DNA of 64,000 nucleotides from Auanema rhodensis. Taxonomy: Eukaryota; Animalia; Nematoda. Under the pieces are notes generated by a model. The model had not been told where the DNA came from. It saw nothing but the letters and a program-made list of their open reading frames with translations, and did no database searches. Shown piece after piece: positions 33,501-48,700 of the stretch (within the stretch, counting starts at the first letter, position 1; each line of letters begins with the position of its first letter). The stretch lies in the NCBI GenBank assembly GCA_964057225.1, contig OZ059894.1, positions 17,298,001 to 17,362,000 on the forward strand, given 5' to 3'. A program made the position numbers and the translations under genes.

Positions 33501-34493
33501 CCAAGTTTTCTTCAATTGAGAAAATTAAAACTGTTGGCTCAACTTATATGGCAGCGTCTGGTTTGAATGAACAAGATTATGATTATGATGATTGTGTATG
33601 TTGCCTTGTCCTAGTCAAATTTTTTATTTCATAAACTTTAGGATTATATTGATGATAACAAGAATAGTGCTAGCAGTCGAGCAAACAACATGGCAAGTTT
33701 TAACTGTTTTCTATCATGAGAATTATTTTTGAAATCGTTATGCTTAAGGCTTTCCGAAATGCAACAGTTATGATTGAATTTGCTATGGCTATGTCTCAAA
33801 TATTGGAACAACTTAATAGGGATTCTTTCCAAAACTTCGAGCTCCGAATCGGTATAATCTGGTGTTTTTGATTATTTTCATCTATCTCATATATTTGAAG
33901 GAATGAGTGTGGGATCACTTGTATCTGGAGTTATTGGTGCCCAGAAACCTCAATATGATATATGGGGAAATACTGTGAATATAGCAAGTCGAATGGATAC
34001 CTATGGACAGCCAAGGAAAATTCATGTAAAGTTAAAACTAATTAGAAGTAGTAATGAATTGTATGTTAGGTAACGACTGATATGGGAGAAATATTGAGAA
34101 GAGGCGGTTTCAAAGTTACAAGTCGTGGGAAGATAAGCATAAAAGGAGTCAAAGTAAGTTAAAGACAACAAACACAAATATTTTATTTGTTTTACTATAG
34201 GAACCCATGGAAACATTTTTAATAGAAATTGATTCTAAAAGAAATTCAACAACATCAACTGTTACTTGATGATATTATATAAAAAAATATATATTGTAAA
34301 TAAAATAAAATGTATTAAATACATATTCAAAAGTTTTTTTTTATAAAAATGAGAAATGAATCAGCAAATAGAAAACAAAATTTTTAAATGAGCCATGTAG
34401 ATATATCAGGAAATAATTTGGCAATGACATCTGTTCAAGTGATAATAATAAAAAAACATTATGAAAAATGATTAAGATCATAGATCGTTAACT
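30504..34493 (+). pseudogene. 5'-truncated inverted duplicate of the adenylate cyclase gene (last coding base 34269)
   Basis: Position x mirrors 80003-x (partner 45510-49499). Retains C1a ([23 protein letters not shown]) and C2a ([21 protein letters not shown]); lacks the N-terminal exons. Confidence 0.9.
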
Positions 34494-35735
34494 GATAACA
34501 TATAATAGAAAAGCATAATCGATATATATTTTTTTCATAATATTTTTAGTATATAATTTGTTAATATGTTTTCTATATTTAACAATTTAAATCTTTTGTA
34601 TTAACTACATGTATATTTAAACTTTTAATTTTTTTCACTACGAATCAAAAATAAAAATGTAATGAAAATGTAAGTATGAATAGAGACTGCTTGTGTATTC
34701 TGATGACCAAAACAAGTGAGCTTTTTGAGCAAAAAATTGAATCATTTTAATTCAAATTTAAATTTAAATTTGTTAAGATGAAAATCAATTCCAAATGTTA
34801 ATAAGTGGGCTTAAACAAATATTTTATTAAAGTCTTCAAAACAAAATGTTTTGAGATGTTTCATCTCTATATTTCTTAACCACTTACTAACAGTATTGTG
34901 AAAGTAAGAGAAATCGCTGTTTCAAGTCTGATATTTCAACATTGTTTAAACTATTTCTTTTTCATATCATTGAGAATAATATGATTTTCCTTACTCATAC
35001 CCTATACATGTCTAAATAAATGTATTTTTGTTCTTTTTTTTCTAATATAAATACAATTATGTATATAATATTTTTCAAACTTTAGTATCTATAGTTTAAT
35101 AAAAAGGAATATAAATAATATCTGAATGTTAACGTGATATTTCTTCAGGTTAAACAATATTTCCTAGTTTTATTATTCTGTTCATATTTCATTTATATAT
35201 TTATACATAGTTCCACAGGGTAAAACGATATTGGCAAATGTCTCATTTTTGATAAAACATCAAAAGAAGTTCAGTTTTATTTTACTTTTTCGTATAGGTA
35301 GGTCATTTATTTCCTCATTCCCATCGCTATATGTATGAATATTATATATTGAGACATTTTTATATGATCACATGCCAAGTTTTCTTGAAAGTATGTAGTT
35401 TATAACCTCTGCAGATCAAACTATATAAGGACAATATCAAATCAGCCTTTGATTCATTGTGTGTATCTACCTTCAATTTCATATTTCTATTATTATTCAT
35501 CTTAGAATCCATTCATATTCATTACTCATAAGCTTAGAAAAAGGAATTATAATTTAATTATATTTTTCTTTCTTTTACTTTACAAATTACGTCATAATCA
35601 TAATTAACGATAATATTGTTTGTTTTAGAAAAAATGTAGATATTTCTTACTTTTTCCAAAATTAAATTTTTTTATCGTTATGGCCTGACCTGTATGTTTC
35701 TTTTTTTAATATATTATATTTTGTTGTAGACCATC

Positions 35736-37041
35736 ATGCAACAACGTTACTATTTTGAGCAGCCAGATCTTTCAGAGGAAGTTCTGACTTTGGAATCGAT
35801 GTGTCATGAAGTTTTAGATTCCAGCGAAAATGTATATTGTTGTTTTTATTCGCTAAATTAATTTGATTTTGTTTTCAGGTCGTTTATACAAAGCCATCCT
35901 ATCATAGAACTTGGCCAATCGTTTTGGATTTGAAACAAATAGTATATGTAAACAGGGCTGATATACATCGCATTTCTCCATTTTTAAATAAAACTATAAC
36001 TAATCATATAATTGGAAAAGGTTCTTTACATATAATGTACAATGTTTAATCAAAAGCTTGGTCAGATGTTATGGAATTCGGTGTGTTACCTGATGTTCCT
36101 AGTTCTGATTTTCAAACTCTCCTTTCATCTTTATGTCCTACTAGATTTGGCCTCTATCCATTACCTATATCAAGTAAGTAGCTATTTTTTGGTTATATAT
36201 ATCACAATTTTAATAAATACATTTTTTAATTATTCATTAAAAAATTATTTAATCATATATTCCAGACGAAAATTTCGCCCTGCTCTTTCATTTTGGGAGA
36301 ATTTATGAAATTCCATCTCTTATAAAGAGATGCCATCAATTTTTAATATCTTCCCGGTAATCTTTTTTTTTGATAATCTATCTTATTATCTTTTCTATTT
36401 CAGTTTTTCTACACAAAGTGTAGATACCCTTTTAAAGTGGTTTTCTATAGTTTCTACTGAATTTTCAGATACTGAATCTACGATTGAGTTTATGCGCAAA
36501 GAGGTTGGTGTACCATGAACTAATTGCATAATAATAAACTACCAAATTACAGATGGTTCTGGCAATTGTTTTAGCCCTTATGAATTATCCAGACTATGCT
36601 ACTTTAGTAAAAACAATTTGCTTTTCTAATATGCCTTGCACGAATCTTTTAAAAAGTGTTTTGAAAAGGTATTGTTTCTTATTTTATTTTTATAAGATTG
36701 TCTGATCATTACGTTTTACAGAAGAAGTTTTATTTATCATCGTGCTGAATTTGTAAATGGATTAGCAACAAGCGGATATCACTGTTGTGCATCTTCCAAC
36801 CGTGTGTCTCCTTCTTTTTGCGGTAAAATTATTTTGATATTAATTGATTAGTTAACCTAATTATGTCATACCTGCAGGTCTGTTTTGTACATCGTGTTCT
36901 TCTGTGGTTTGCTCGTCATGCAAGAACGATGTCTGCGGTTCTGCTCTGAGTGACCTTCTGGAATCTCTAAGCGGACGTCGTTCTGATGCTTCTAGTCCTG
37001 ATTCCGGTTACAGTGATGCCAATAATGGCATTTGTTACTAA
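35736..37041 (+). CDS. Multi-exon protein with a BTB/POZ-like region and a Cys-rich C-terminus
   Basis: ATG just after a ttgtag acceptor; exons read MQQRYYFEQP..., LPDVPSSDFQTLLSSLCP, ENFALLFHFGRIYEIPSLIKRCHQFL, FCTSCSSVVCSSC...GICY*. Confidence 0.65.
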
Positions 37042-37517
37042 GTTTGTAATATATATATATACATATATCTGTTTTACAGCTTGTTTTATCGTAATTCAAT
37101 TCATCGTTTTCAAATTGAGTTTAATCTCAAAACACTTTCATCTAGTTCTTTCTTACAATAATCTCTTGTCATATTTTTCTTTAAATTCTTAATAAGGTGA
37201 TCTTGCTGAGCATTACCTTTAACAAGTTTAAATACTAATACTGGTATGAATTCAATGTTATTTCTTTATGCTTTAACCAAAAATTGCATTAATAAGTTGA
37301 AATATAATAAAATTTATTCAATTCAGTAGGATTTTTCTTTATACTTGGAGTTGCTATACATGTTGGCACCCTGAAAGAAATATTGCCACTAAACAACACA
37401 TTAAAAAACAAATTAAACGAAACAATCGGATATATTACGATGGCATAGTTATCAGAGATTTATCTTTAAATATATAGAAAGGTCAGAAAAGATCAGGACA
37501 AGTGAAATAACAAGGAC

Positions 37518-37967
37518 TGTCGGCTGAGCGGGGTTCTATTGGTCTGGAGGTCACCTGAACGACGCCAAAATGGGATGGGATGGACATCGAAGAAGGTGTC
37601 GTTCATCTTCTCTCACCCGTTTTCTTTATTTCTTTTTCTCCTGAGCTCTCTACTTTTCACTGTCTCAAGTTTACTGTCTCTTTCTATTCGTTTTCTTTCG
37701 TTCTCTCTCTTTTTAGCTTAGCCTTTCCCACGGCTCTTTCTCTTATATTTTCCCTCTCAGTCTATCTCTCATTCCTTCCTTTGAACGACTAGTATTCAAT
37801 TGTCTGACTGTGTCCGTATCCAAATAGTCTTGTCTTCTTGAGGTCTTCTGGTCTTTTTCTCCAGATTCGTCTAATATTTCTCTCTTCCTATGACTAAATA
37901 CATAAATGCACATCTACACCATCACATTTAGCACCTTCCGTTCAACTGTTCGTCTGTCAGCTCTTCA
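37518..37967 (+). mobile_element. Possible degenerate solo LTR of the BEL type
   Basis: Starts TGTCGGC like LTR D and has a CT-rich body like LTR E; no TSD or clear right end. Confidence 0.3.
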
Positions 37968-39059
37968 TAATGAATACCGAGAGCAACAGCGACGACCAAG
38001 ATGATCATCGGCTGTTCTATCGTTCGGGGTGGCAATTGTTCTCAACGATCGTCAAATTCTTTGCACTGTTATTCGTCTAGCTTTCGATCTATTTCCCCCC
38101 TTTCAGCTATATTTGGCTTTTTCGGAAAGTAGCAAAACCGAAAGCATCATTCATTCATTTTCTTGCTTTCATGTCTACACTGTTCCCACTGAATTCAGAA
38201 CTACTAGGAAACTGTATGCAGACTATGTATGTATGATTTATCTGCATTCTAAAATAACTGCAAATCGTACGTGTGTATTGCAACGGCAATGAAAAACGAG
38301 CACACGTGAGTTGCAACGTCAAAGTTATTTTTAACGTGCAGGTTATGAATGCGGTTGCTATTTGTTTCATAATACTATTTTCAAGTTTTAATTTATTTCT
38401 GCACTATTGATGAAGTTGAAACTATTTTTTTGGAAACAAAACTCAGTTGATTTATAATTGAATTAAATAATATATTTATAAGTAATTTTGTATAATTATA
38501 TAACGAAATAATTACATCAGCTTAATTCATATGAAATATTTCTAAACTAAAAGCTCCACCCAGGTCTTCATTTTGTAATTTATTACAAGCGTCATCGGGT
38601 AACCATGAGATACGTAAAAGCCACACACAAAAATATATGAAAGGAAAAGCAATTTATTTATATTAATATATATATATATATATATATAGCTTTTTCTCTT
38701 ATTTATTCACTTTCGAATAACTTGTATTCTTGATTCTCTTTGAAATGTGTCTACATATTCTCAATTTTAATACGTCTTTCTTACAAACCTATTGTTAAAC
38801 TCCTTTTCTCTCTAAATTATAACTTTTTATTCGAATTTTTTATTGAAAACCCTATTCGTTGACCTCAATTTTTCATCTTGAATACATATCCCTCACAGTC
38901 CGTCACAAAACATCAAAAACATTTTGCAACATTTTTACAAGTATCGTTTATCATTAATCATTCATTTCTCAAAAAAAATTTTCAACTCATTTTCGTACTA
39001 TAATGTTATTTTCTATTCAAATATATAACTAACTAACAAATAAATAAATAAGTTGACAA

Positions 39060-40700
39060 ACATGAACGGCTGACGAGAATAGCTGACCTGGTTTCGTGTT
39101 GTCGATCGGTTTGTTCTACTCTTTTCGCTTCGATCTTCGTTTGTTTAGTCGCCTCGAGTAGGATGACCCATATGGAATGCCACCCGTCATGCTCTTCGAC
39201 TTTTTTTCGAAGAATACTTTATCAATGTTGATCTTATTGAACCTTACTTTTCAGATTAATTTATTTTATTTCTAATGTCTTTTGTACAAAACCTCAAACC
39301 ATCTATTCTATGAATATTTATCTCTCTTGTCCTATCTGACAAACCGGAACAGGTATTGTATGCCTATATTGTAGTTTGTATTATGATTCTTGCGAGGTTG
39401 CTCTTCAATGATAAAACTACAGACAGGTATATCATATAGAAATGAGAAAGACATCTTGCAATAGTCGGATGACATATTCCGATTCTATCACAGGTTCATT
39501 AAAGATAATGCTATCCTTGTCAAGCCTATTATCCAATTGACATAGAGAAAAATATTTTTTTCCTAGTTCTTTATTAAATTTTTGGTTGTTTTCTCGTTGA
39601 TGAAACAAAAAATTCTTCAAATTAGAAGATTTTTTCCAAAAGTTCTTTAATTATCTATGAATAAATGTGAAGAAAAAATATATGATAGACATTTTCACAT
39701 ATTTTCTGAGGATATGTCAATAAACTTTTGAGACAGAACAGTAAGATCAGTTCAATGCTACTGTTTTATGGCTGTGTTCCCATGTAACGTTGTGATTTCA
39801 ATGATCTCCTATACAACAGACTGTTTTAGTATCTATCATCTCTATTTCCTACCAAAGTCACAATTTTTTCTGTTTAGCATGAAGATAAGATTTTAAAATG
39901 ACACTGGTTGAGCTGTAAGGGGTTGAAGTTCAAGCTACGTATAGGAATGTCTTTTGCGAATTTTCAGAACGAGAAACGCTACTCATTGCTTTGATGGCTT
40001 CTCTGATGTCTATACTTTGCTTGAAAACGTAGATTTGTTTAATGACTGGCTTTGGGTGAATTGTCCTATCGGCATCATCATTATTATTTTTGTTCATCAA
40101 ATCTTTTTTGGAACAGTTTGACGTAATTATATCCAAACCTTATATTTTGGATATTCTAATCTTAAACACTTTCAATTTTTCATATCATTGAAGCATTAAT
40201 CATTTTCTATTCTCACATTAATTTCCTCAATTTTTATTTCAAAATATTATAAATCAATTTTTTAAATAGGAAAACATGGTGAGGGAGTTATAGAAACTTT
40301 GATAAGCTCTTCCTACGACAATTATATCCTGAATTCTTCTAAATTTAATTAGAAAACTCTCAGCGATTCCCGTTTTTTTGTTTCTCACAGGAAGAAACAT
40401 TATATAAAGTAATGTTTCTTTTTCAATTTTATGTTCCAAATTGAAAAATGGGTCTTCTCTTTGGTTATTCTTCAAAAAATCTATTTTTTCTTTTTGTATT
40501 TGTATAAATTAATATCCATTGTATTTTCAGCTTTTTGATTATCCTTTCGTGTTATTATTTTTTCATATTCTGGTTGTATAATAAATGCAATGACTATTTT
40601 TTCATTTTTTTTCTCAAAGTTTTGACGAAAAAAAAAGGAATCAAATAGTTTCTCTCGTGTACATGTTTTTTTGGAAAGTATCAATAGGATTTCACTAAAA
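39060..40700 (-). mobile_element. Possible highly decayed non-LTR (RTE-like) retrotransposon
   Basis: A-rich minus strand with broken ORF pieces such as DIREAIKAM and TGIAESFLIK, only loosely resembling LINE endonuclease/RT. Confidence 0.25.
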
Positions 40701-40964
40701 ATATATGTCGACGTTATTTGTGTTTATTCTAATGATTCCATAATTGGAACATTTTGGAAATTCTACATAGTTACCTCGGAGACAAGATCAATAGAAGCTA
40801 ATTTTGGAACATTCTTCTGTTGCCCCTTACTTTAGCAGTTTGACTTTTCTAAGCAATCAATTTTACTTTTTAATGAGTTAATGAAAATATTATTTTTTCT
40901 ATTATTTTGTCTCATATTTTCTTTCTTGATCACATTTAATATTTAATAATATTCTCCACTACAG

Positions 40965-43437
40965 ATGATTCTTGCGGGGATCCTCATTTTAGTGACATCG
41001 GCAATCTGCTGGTTCCTTATTCGTCGAATCTTTCTTGAGCGTTTCTATATTCCATACAAGAATAAATATGTGTTCATTACTGGATGTGACAGTGGTTTCG
41101 GACGATTATTGGCTCTAAGATTAGTTGAAATGGGAGTTAATGTATTTGCAGCTTGTTATACAGCAAAGTTAAGTTTTTCCAAATTATAGATTTTGAATTC
41201 ACTGTAACTAAATACTCTAAATATATCTATATTATATTGATAATTCAAATCATGAACATTTGAAAAAATATGAAGTATGGGAGACTGATAGAAGTACTGA
41301 AAACCTTACTGCAGCTCTTACAGGTTTTTCCTCATGGAAAGACTTTGATCTGGATATGATTCATTTTCGCTCACCAATTTCAACCTCGTTGTGCTAAAGA
41401 ACAAAACAAACATATTTCTATATATGCATCTTGACTTCTTTTAAATCCTCGAAAACTTAAAAAAGTCAGTTGGTTTCAACTAGATTTCCTTCAATAACAT
41501 TGGAGAAGAACTATAACATGTCAACAATTTTTCCATTTTTTAATGAGATTTATAGAAAATTGAACGTTTAAACACAAATATTTTTTATATTTATTAGAAT
41601 ATTGGTAATTTTTGATCGGCAAATGATAGGAGTGTCATTCTTATCTTTCTAGACAGTGGATACGGTTGTTCATCTTGAAACGTTTCATTGAAATTGATGA
41701 AAAACAAAGATAATTATATGATTTATAAAACTATTTGAATTTTTTTGTTTCTTATGTCTCTCTTCTTTTTGATTTTTTACAGACTTATCAAAAATTATAT
41801 TTTATGCTATCTATAAGATATGAGACTTTGAAAACTCGTTTAGAGGAAACTAGGTGATAGGTTTACAGTTATACGTTCATTTCAACTACTAGATGAAGGC
41901 TTTTCTACGAAAAAAAAAACTAGATCGGTTTTCTTATCTTATCGTTCGTATAAGCACATTCATCGTATCCGCCAATTCCCCCCCCCCCTTTATCTATTTC
42001 TCAAACGATTCTAAATTTGTCCTTACAATAGTTTCGATATATTGTACTTACCGAAACAGTTTTTTCACATTTCTGAAAAGATCAGTTTTAGTGAAATATT
42101 CATTTCTTTTGTTTTAGGGACTGGAATTACTTGAATCAGATGCAAACAAAGTTGGTGGAGCTAACATTTACACTTTGCAACTTGATGTTACAAGCGACTC
42201 AAGTGTAGAAAAAGCAAAAGAGTATGTTCAGAGCATTTTGAAAGAAAAAGATGCTCTACTACATGCTGTTGTTAATAATGCTGGAATATTCACAATTTAT
42301 GGACCTGATGATTGGTGTTCAACAGATGAATATTTTAATTCGTTGAATGTTAACACATTAGGAGCTATAAGAGTTTCCCATGCATTTGTTCCATTGGTTA
42401 AAAAAAGCAAAGTAAGAATTAACTTAATTATAATTAATTCATTAAAATATAAAAGCATTAAAGTGATATTCCAGGGCAGAATTGTAACAATGGGATCAAC
42501 AGCAGGACGTCTTCATGGATTATACGTTGGGCCATATGTTACTGCGAAATTCGCTGTTGAAGCCTATATGGACTGTCTCCGATTAGAACTGAAACCATTT
42601 GGAGTAACCGTGCATGTGCTAGAGCCAGGATGTTTCAAGACCGATTTGTTGAACGAACAAGCTCAGCATGCTAGGGTTGACAGTGTAACTTATGATGTAT
42701 GGTTTCTCGGGTTTCAAAGCTTAACTTTAGACTTGGAGCCGTTTGCCAAATGAAGTTAAGGAAGAATATGGACAAGAATTTTTAGATAACTGTAAATTAC
42801 TTGAAACAGATAATATTTTAATACAATTTGTTTCAGTTAAAACTGCTTGGCAGTTAGGAGTAAATATTGTAGCAAATCCAAACTTGATGTGGGTTGTATC
42901 TTGTTATGAGCATGCCTTATTCGCAGCATATGCAAGATTAAGGTAAGATTTGATACTAAGAATGTTATAAGTTTTCTAATCAAGTTCTAAAAGTTTTGTA
43001 ATATATAATGTAAATAAAAAAAATAACAATTATAGATACGCTCCAGGATGGGATGCCATTTTCTGTTTTATACCATTAAGCATATTTCCTACTCAAATTC
43101 AGGTTATTACATATAATGAATTAACGTGAACGTTTCACCTTTCATTATTTATAGGATTGGGTTTTGAGTTTAATGTATTCAGCTCAACCAGGTCCATCCC
43201 TAATTCCTGACGTATTGAAGTAAGAAAAATACGATATCAATATCTTATAACATTCATATTTATTTTTTTAGGAAAGAAAAACTTAGAGCTAAAAAACCTC
43301 GTTTGCTTTCCTTTGTTTTACAATGTATTCAAATGGCTATAGTTTCTGTAGGCCTTATAGCGCTTTTAATTCGTTCAAGTATCTTCAGTGGAGATACAAA
43401 TCGGGTTGTTATAAAACAAGCTAATAATACAGTATAG
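40965..43437 (+). CDS. dhs-16: Short-chain dehydrogenase/reductase (3-beta-HSD / retinol dehydrogenase-like), multi-exon
   Basis: [18 protein letters not shown]; [28 protein letters not shown] and GPDDWCS match C. elegans DHS-16 as I recall it. Confidence 0.85.
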
Positions 43438-43847
43438 ATATAAAATCTAAAAATAAGTATTGTTTTTTTATAATATTTTATTTAAATAATTTTTTAATTT
43501 CATTTATACATCATTTGTTTGCCAGCAAATTATATCACATGTAAGTATTAATATTATTATTTTTATTATTACTATAATTTATATATTAATTATTGATAAC
43601 GGATAGATTAATTGATGTTTTTTTCATAGAAAAATCATTTTTTCTAAACTTTTACAACCTAATTAGATAATCACTGAATGAACTTTCTTGTTCTGTTTTT
43701 TTTTTGTTTTTTTTTTACTTCTCACGATTCAGTATTATTGTAAAACGCTTTTCTTTGATTTCATGTAGACCTAGTCTGAGAACTTTTTTCATCTCTTTGT
43801 ACATTTATTTCTTAATAAAAACATTTTTTTAATCAATACAAGTTTAA

Positions 43848-44972
43848 TTACAATGGTAGAAGGTTGGCAGAAGCTACTGCTCTTCCGACTTCATTCTCAC
43901 ATAACACAGTAAATTCACCTGAAAAAAAATTATTTATGGCACATAGATAAAAAGATAAAAGAAATTTTTGATGATATACCACCCCCCCCCAACAGATATT
44001 TGTAATTGAAAAAAGAGAAAAATTATTCTAACAGTTGAAGAGAGTGATCTTTTCGAACAAACCGTAGTGATGAGGTTGAACGTATGGAATAGTGAGACGG
44101 CAAACATCAGAAGTATCTTCAATGACAACGTCCGTGAAACGGAGTCTGTCTTCATTGAACAACCAACAAACCTAAAAATTTTTAGAATACTTTGAAATGA
44201 TCAGCTTATAATGATTAAGAAAACCCACTTTTGGACGAGGACTACCTAATAATACACAATCAAAAACAGCTTTTCCACCAATATGTGTTCGTACATCCCC
44301 AAACACCTAGAAATTTACTAGTGTAAAACAAATCTTATTTACCAAAATTTTTATAAAATTCAGATATTTGTGTTTTTTCTTCTTATTATTTTACTTTCGA
44401 AAACAAGAATAGTTATTATTTGCTTAATGCTTTATCTAAGAAACAGAATTAGTCTGAGAAAATTTGTATAATGTCAATGTAGCTGCGGCAATAGCCGCCC
44501 ACAGAGACGGTATGTCAACAAAAAATATTCTCGTCAGCATCTTCTTTTATAAAACAAAAGAGATGAATAAAAGTTGATCTTAAAATCGCAATGCTTCTAC
44601 TGTTTTGAGCAAGTTTTATAATATAATCTTTTTCTGTACAAAATTTTTTTTAATGTCATACTAGGTGATTATAAATAAAATTTGATTATAACTTTTACCT
44701 TCAAAAATTCTGGAGCATAATTCCATGGATTTTGAGCATATTTATTTTTTGGAATCTCATATGATAGTTGATTAACTTGCTGAAAATTGGCCAATATATC
44801 GAAAATATATATAAATTATCTTCAGCTGTAAGTCTTTTTTGGAAATAAATATAATATTTACTTTCGTCAATGGGCTTTTCTGAGGTTGTGGTCTTACAAA
44901 ACCTTCCATGCAATCCACATCTAAAGAGCTATAAGCTCGAGGTGGTGGTTGAGGAGAATACCTTGAATCCAT
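43848..44972 (-). CDS. Small immunoglobulin I-set domain protein (start uncertain)
   Basis: Exons read APEFLK / VFGDVRTHIGGKAVFDCVLLGSPRPK / VCWLFNE...CRLTIPYVQPHHY / GEFTVLCENEVGRAVASANLLPL*. Confidence 0.75.
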
Positions 44973-45733
44973 TGGTATTGGTATTGTGAAAGGAAGCCTG
45001 TAAAAAAATTATTTTTAAAAAATATCATGATGAAGCACAATTTGTTAAATAGATTAATCAATATGATATTTAAATGTAATATTACAAGTTTAAAACTTAA
45101 AACTTGGGGACATGTAGCGTTCGATCAATTATGCTCATTGTGCCACAGAGAAGCCAGAAGTGAGAAGACGAGAAAAGAGGAGGAGATTCTGGGAGAGAAT
45201 AAAGTAGAGAGGAGAACAAACAGTGAAAGCATTGCGTGACTACACCATTTCAATAATCGTTTTGAAGCTTAACAAAGATACAGAAAGATGTTTATAATAT
45301 ACTTAGCATCAGATTCTTTTCACAGATTACTTTCAACTTGGAGGAATTGTCTCTTAGCATTAGGCTGTTCTATTAAAATTTTAGGTTTGAATATTGTTCT
45401 GAAATACAACCTTTAAGTAGTTCTACATGAATATTTCTTACGATCCTAAGTGTTTTCTTCTCGGAATCGGAGATGTATTACTCGCTAATGATTGTGTTCG
45501 TCATCTTCGAGTTAACGATCTATGATCTTAATCATTTTTCATAATGTTTTTTTATTATTATCACTTGAACAGATGTCATTGCCAAATTATTTCCTGATAT
45601 ATCTACATGGCTCATTTAAAAATTTTGTTTTCTATTTGCTGATTCATTTCTCATTTTTATAAAAAAAAACTTTTGAATATGTATTTAATACATTTTATTT
45701 TATTTACAATATATATTTTTTTATATAATATCA

Positions 45734-48700
45734 TCAAGTAACAGTTGATGTTGTTGAATTTCTTTTAGAATCAATTTCTATTAAAAATGTTTCCATGGGT
45801 TCCTATAGTAAAACAAATAAAATATTTGTGTTTGTTGTCTTTAACTTACTTTGACTCCTTTTATGCTTATCTTCCCACGACTTGTAACTTTGAAACCGCC
45901 TCTTCTCAATATTTCTCCCATATCAGTCGTTACCTAACATACAATTCATTACTACTTCTAATTATTTTTAACTTTACATGAATTTTCCTTGGCTGTCCAT
46001 AGGTATCCATTCGACTTGCTATATTCACAGTATTTCCCCATATATCATATTGAGGTTTCTGGGCACCAATAACTCCAGATACAAGTGATCCCACACTCAT
46101 TCCTTCAAATATATGAGATAGATGAAAATAATCAAAAACACCAGATTATACCGATTCGGAGCTCGAAGTTTTGGAAAGAATCCCTATTAAGTTGTTCCAA
46201 TATTTGAGACATAGCCATAGCAAATTCAATCATAACTGTTGCATTTCGGAAAGCCTTAAGCATAACGATTTCAAAAATAATTCTCATGATAGAAAACAGT
46301 TAAAACTTGCCATGTTGTTTGCTCGACTGCTAGCACTATTCTTGTTATCATCAATATAATCCTAAAGTTTATGAAATAAAAAATTTGACTAGGACAAGGC
46401 AACATACACAATCATCATAATCATAATCTTGTTCATTCAAACCAGACGCTGCCATATAAGTTGAGCCAACAGTTTTAATTTTCTCAATTGAAGAAAACTT
46501 GGGTTTTGATAATAACTGAAAGAAAATGTACAAAAAAAGAAAATCTATTGAAGTACAACCTTATCAAACTCGCAAACAATTTCATTAAGTAATCGTAAAC
46601 ATTCTAGCTTTCTAGATGTATCCCATTGAGACCAAAAATCCTTGAAGTTTGGAATCGATGCAAACATAACACAAACATTATCATGTTGACGAGCATATAA
46701 GTCCTTAAAGGATGTGTGTTAAAGATGGCAATATTCAAGAAAATCCTCAGCTGAACCTCAATTGGCCGATCTGGAACCAAGAATTTCTCAGCTACCGTAC
46801 TTGGGAGGATATTTTCAATCAAAAGTTTGTTGATATCTTGCATTGTTTCAACATCACGCTCTTCGTTTTGGAAAGATACATGACAAGCAGATTCAGCTTT
46901 TCGTTCATAATTGGTCTGAAGTTGGAAATGTAAGATTTTCCCTCGAATAGTACTCATGACTCACAATCCAATCCAAAAATAACAGCAAAGCCAATAAAAA
47001 CGTCAGATTGATCAATACAGTTGTCAATTGATAGCTGAAACTTTTTGATAAAAATTTTTAGTTTAGATCAAGAGATATCAAACTACCTCAAGTACTTCTG
47101 GTCAGGTTTTGCTTGGTAAACTGGAAACACTGATAACAGTATAACGAAAAGAAAATAATCAATTGAAAATAGAATGCATCGGTATGAATATGGTATACGG
47201 TATAATAAAAATACAGAAGTCAAATGTGAAACACAGGCTGAAAGTGAAAAATATTGGAAAATTCTTCTGTATTCAATCAAACCTGGGAGGAATACCAAAG
47301 ATGTGAAGGGCTGTACATTCTCCGATTTTGCAATCGTAATCTGGACGAAGTGAGAAGATTGTTTTGGAAAATTATGAAAACTTACATGTGGTCCTATTGT
47401 AACAAAGGATGACACCAAGAAAGAAATGCTAGTTATTAGAGCATGAGCATAGGGACAGAAATGATCGAAAAGGCACAGAACAAGTAGGAAGAGAAGTGAA
47501 AAAAATTGTTGAAGACCTGTGGTTTGTTGGACTTCAGTTCTTAACATGGCATTAGTAATTAATATAAAATCAAGATTAAGCATACGGGCAATACAGTCTT
47601 GAGATCAGCGAGTTAGACAGAGCTGCAGGTAACGCTAGCAAAAGGAAAAGCATACAATCAGATATGTTGCAAATTGTAGCTTTGGAACTAAAGTTTACTA
47701 TTAAGCATTGGTTAATAAAATAAGATTATTATTACCTGAACGGCCATAGCAGATATGGGGAAACCTGTATTCTTGGATGTCGACAATTAAAAATATTATT
47801 AATGCTATAAATTAAAATATATAAGTTAACATAAAGCTTTAAAATGGTCAACTTATTCAAGGAGAAATTGGTCAAATTATTTTCTATCAGGGTCATTGAT
47901 TGAATAGTATTACTGAAATGCGGTCTTCGCGGTGTCTCATCCTGAAAATATTTTTTTTCCTGATTGAAATCATAGATCGTAGGTTGTTGTCAACACAGCT
48001 GACAACACTTCCTCACTAAGATTGTGCTTGGATCGTGGCTTGTTGAAGACTTTTTTCGCGTGAAGTTCGCAAACGGCGCATCCGCACCCCAAAACTCAAC
48101 CATTTTTGAAACCTCGAAAGAAAAAAAAACAATTTTTCAGCAAATAAATCAACGTTTTACCTTTGCTTTCATGCTTTTTCTTCCTTGCGTCGGTCCCGCA
48201 GATGGTGATAAAGTGGACTTTTCATCAGGACTACAGTCGATATTTCTCCTGGAAAACAGCTCACACGAAAATTAAAAACGCTGTTTGAATGAACCTATTC
48301 CTATAGATAGAAGCAGTTCTTTCGATCATTGATGTTTTATCGGGCAAGATATGATATGTTGCTTCTCCATAAGCTAATACGTGCGGATCATCTGATCTGA
48401 ATTTGAACGAAAATGATGCAATTGCTCACAGATGAACCTTACTTTGCATCAACAATGCAGTAATCCCCTAGTAGCATATCTTTTGTTGTCTTAGTAATAT
48501 GCACAGCTCTAAATGTAATATACGTTGTGCTGAGAACAAGAAAATATCTGTCAAACCCAGGAACTCCTGCTGATTCCATGTGATTCGCCAAAGTCACATC
48601 GTCACTCCAGATATCGAATTGCCATTTACGCAATCCTAAGATTCCACATAAAACACTTCCAGTATGAACGCCTATTCTCATATTGACATCAACACCTGTT

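Noticed and set aside
45360-45365. TTAGGC near the right duplication breakpoint
   Set aside because: A single hexamer is expected by chance; no tandem telomeric repeat.
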